A DNA stretch of 64,000 nt from Saprolegnia diclina VS20 (Eukaryota). Position 1 is the stretch's first letter, and every line of letters begins with the position of its first letter. The stretch lies in NCBI RefSeq assembly GCF_000281045.1, contig NW_008246104.1:160557-224556 (forward strand), in the 5' to 3' direction. This document shows, in pieces, positions 62,907 through 64,000 of this stretch. The notes under the pieces were generated by a model, which saw only the letters and a program-made list of their open reading frames with translations, had not been told where the DNA came from and searched no databases. Position numbers and translations under genes: made by a program.

Positions 62907-64000
62907 ATGGTGCTCCTGCGGGTCGTCGACGTGATCGCCGACATCTTTGCGCAGATCGGACCGCAGCACAACACGCCATCGAATGAGCTCGTACCTGACA
63001 AGTTCCGCAGGTACGCATCCGCCTGCATGGGCGAACGCGAGGCTACATGCATCATCTTGTAGCAAGTGGTATCTCTCGCCATGGCAGCACGCATTCGAGT
63101 TTGTGTGCTATATGAGCATCCTCATCCCGCTGAGCATCTACAGCTACCAGTGCGCGATCCAGCACCCGATGTGGAGGGCGCAGCGGCCCGTGCGCAAGGC
63201 CACGCCCCTCGATTTGGCGCTTGGCGTGGGCACCGGCGTGTCCTATATCGCGGTACGCTCGTCCACGCCATGACCTGTGTTTATGCTCACGATGCACGAT
63301 AGATTGTCTACTACAAGGCGCTAGCGCCGGGCATGTGGCGGCTGCCGTACGCGCTTCAGCCGTGCCACACCCTCACGCTGCTCTTGACGCTGCTCACCGT
63401 GGCGCGCGGCAAGACGGCCAATCTCTTGTTCCAGGTATTGCGACTCTGGCTCTGTCCTGATCACGCTCATGTCGCCGCGTAGGTGTACGTGACCATGTCA
63501 TGGTCGTCGGTGCTGGCGCTGAGCTTTCCCGACATGAGCGACTACGAACACTGGGTGCGAGGACGTCTTGTGACAGCTTTGATGGATGGCTCACTATGCA
63601 ATGCGTAGGGCGACTGCTTCAACTACTTTTATGAGCACATTATGATGCTGCTCGTGCCTTTTGTGCTTTGGGTACGGCTTGCGCACTCGCCTGCATGAGC
63701 CTCACAGACCGCTCATGTTGCTTATAGCACACGGGGCGCTTCGACTACATTGGCAGCCCGAGCTGGATCATGTTTGGCTTCACATTCATCGCGCTCTACC
63801 ACGCTGCGATCCTGCAGATCGTTGTGCTCGTCACCGAAATCAACGTGGCAACGCTCATGGTATGCTCTGATTGGCGGCGACGATCGATGACGAGCCGATG
63901 CATTTAGACGCCACCGGCCATCCTCAAGGACATTGGCATTTATTACCGGCCGGCGCAATATTTGATTTGCTTTACGCTACATTGGCTCTACAACGGCGTC
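62907..64000 (+). CDS. TMEM164-family membrane protein, truncated by window end
   Basis: WYLSPWQHAFE, YYK, YALQPCH, LALSFPD, YFYEH, LYH, EINVATLM..PP. Confidence 0.75.

Overview
This is eukaryotic, not prokaryotic, DNA: gene-dense and GC-rich, with many very short (about 40-55 nt) GT-AG introns, CCAAT boxes and an oomycete-type core promoter. Oomycete-typical families (START-like/FYVE/GAF, secreted mannosyltransferase-3) point to an oomycete, probably Saprolegniales (inference). By hand-splicing I can support about 33 protein-coding genes; spans run start codon to stop codon including introns. Recognisable genes include panB, arginase, Josephin, mannosyltransferase, DHX35-like helicase, ankyrin-DHHC palmitoyltransferase, CAX, CDK5RAP1/MiaB, Ariadne, a CNBD K+ channel, two CAT transporters, peptide deformylase, JMJD7, XPB, an STK16/NAK kinase, two FYVE-GAF paralogues and a partial TMEM164. 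An accessory patch at 8.5-12 kb holds a foldback/MITE-like inverted repeat, a frameshifted hAT-like transposase remnant, an assembly gap and an intronless bacterial-type GyrI-like gene. I found no multi-gene novel system, CRISPR array or RNA gene. The best novelty candidates are single genes: (1) a membrane-anchored, catalytically dead torsin-like AAA+ protein that keeps a LAP1/LULL1-style arginine-finger segment, (2) a DIX-like domain fused to a NAK kinase, and (3) two intronless bacterial-type small-molecule-binding genes. All family calls come from motif recognition by eye, not database searches.
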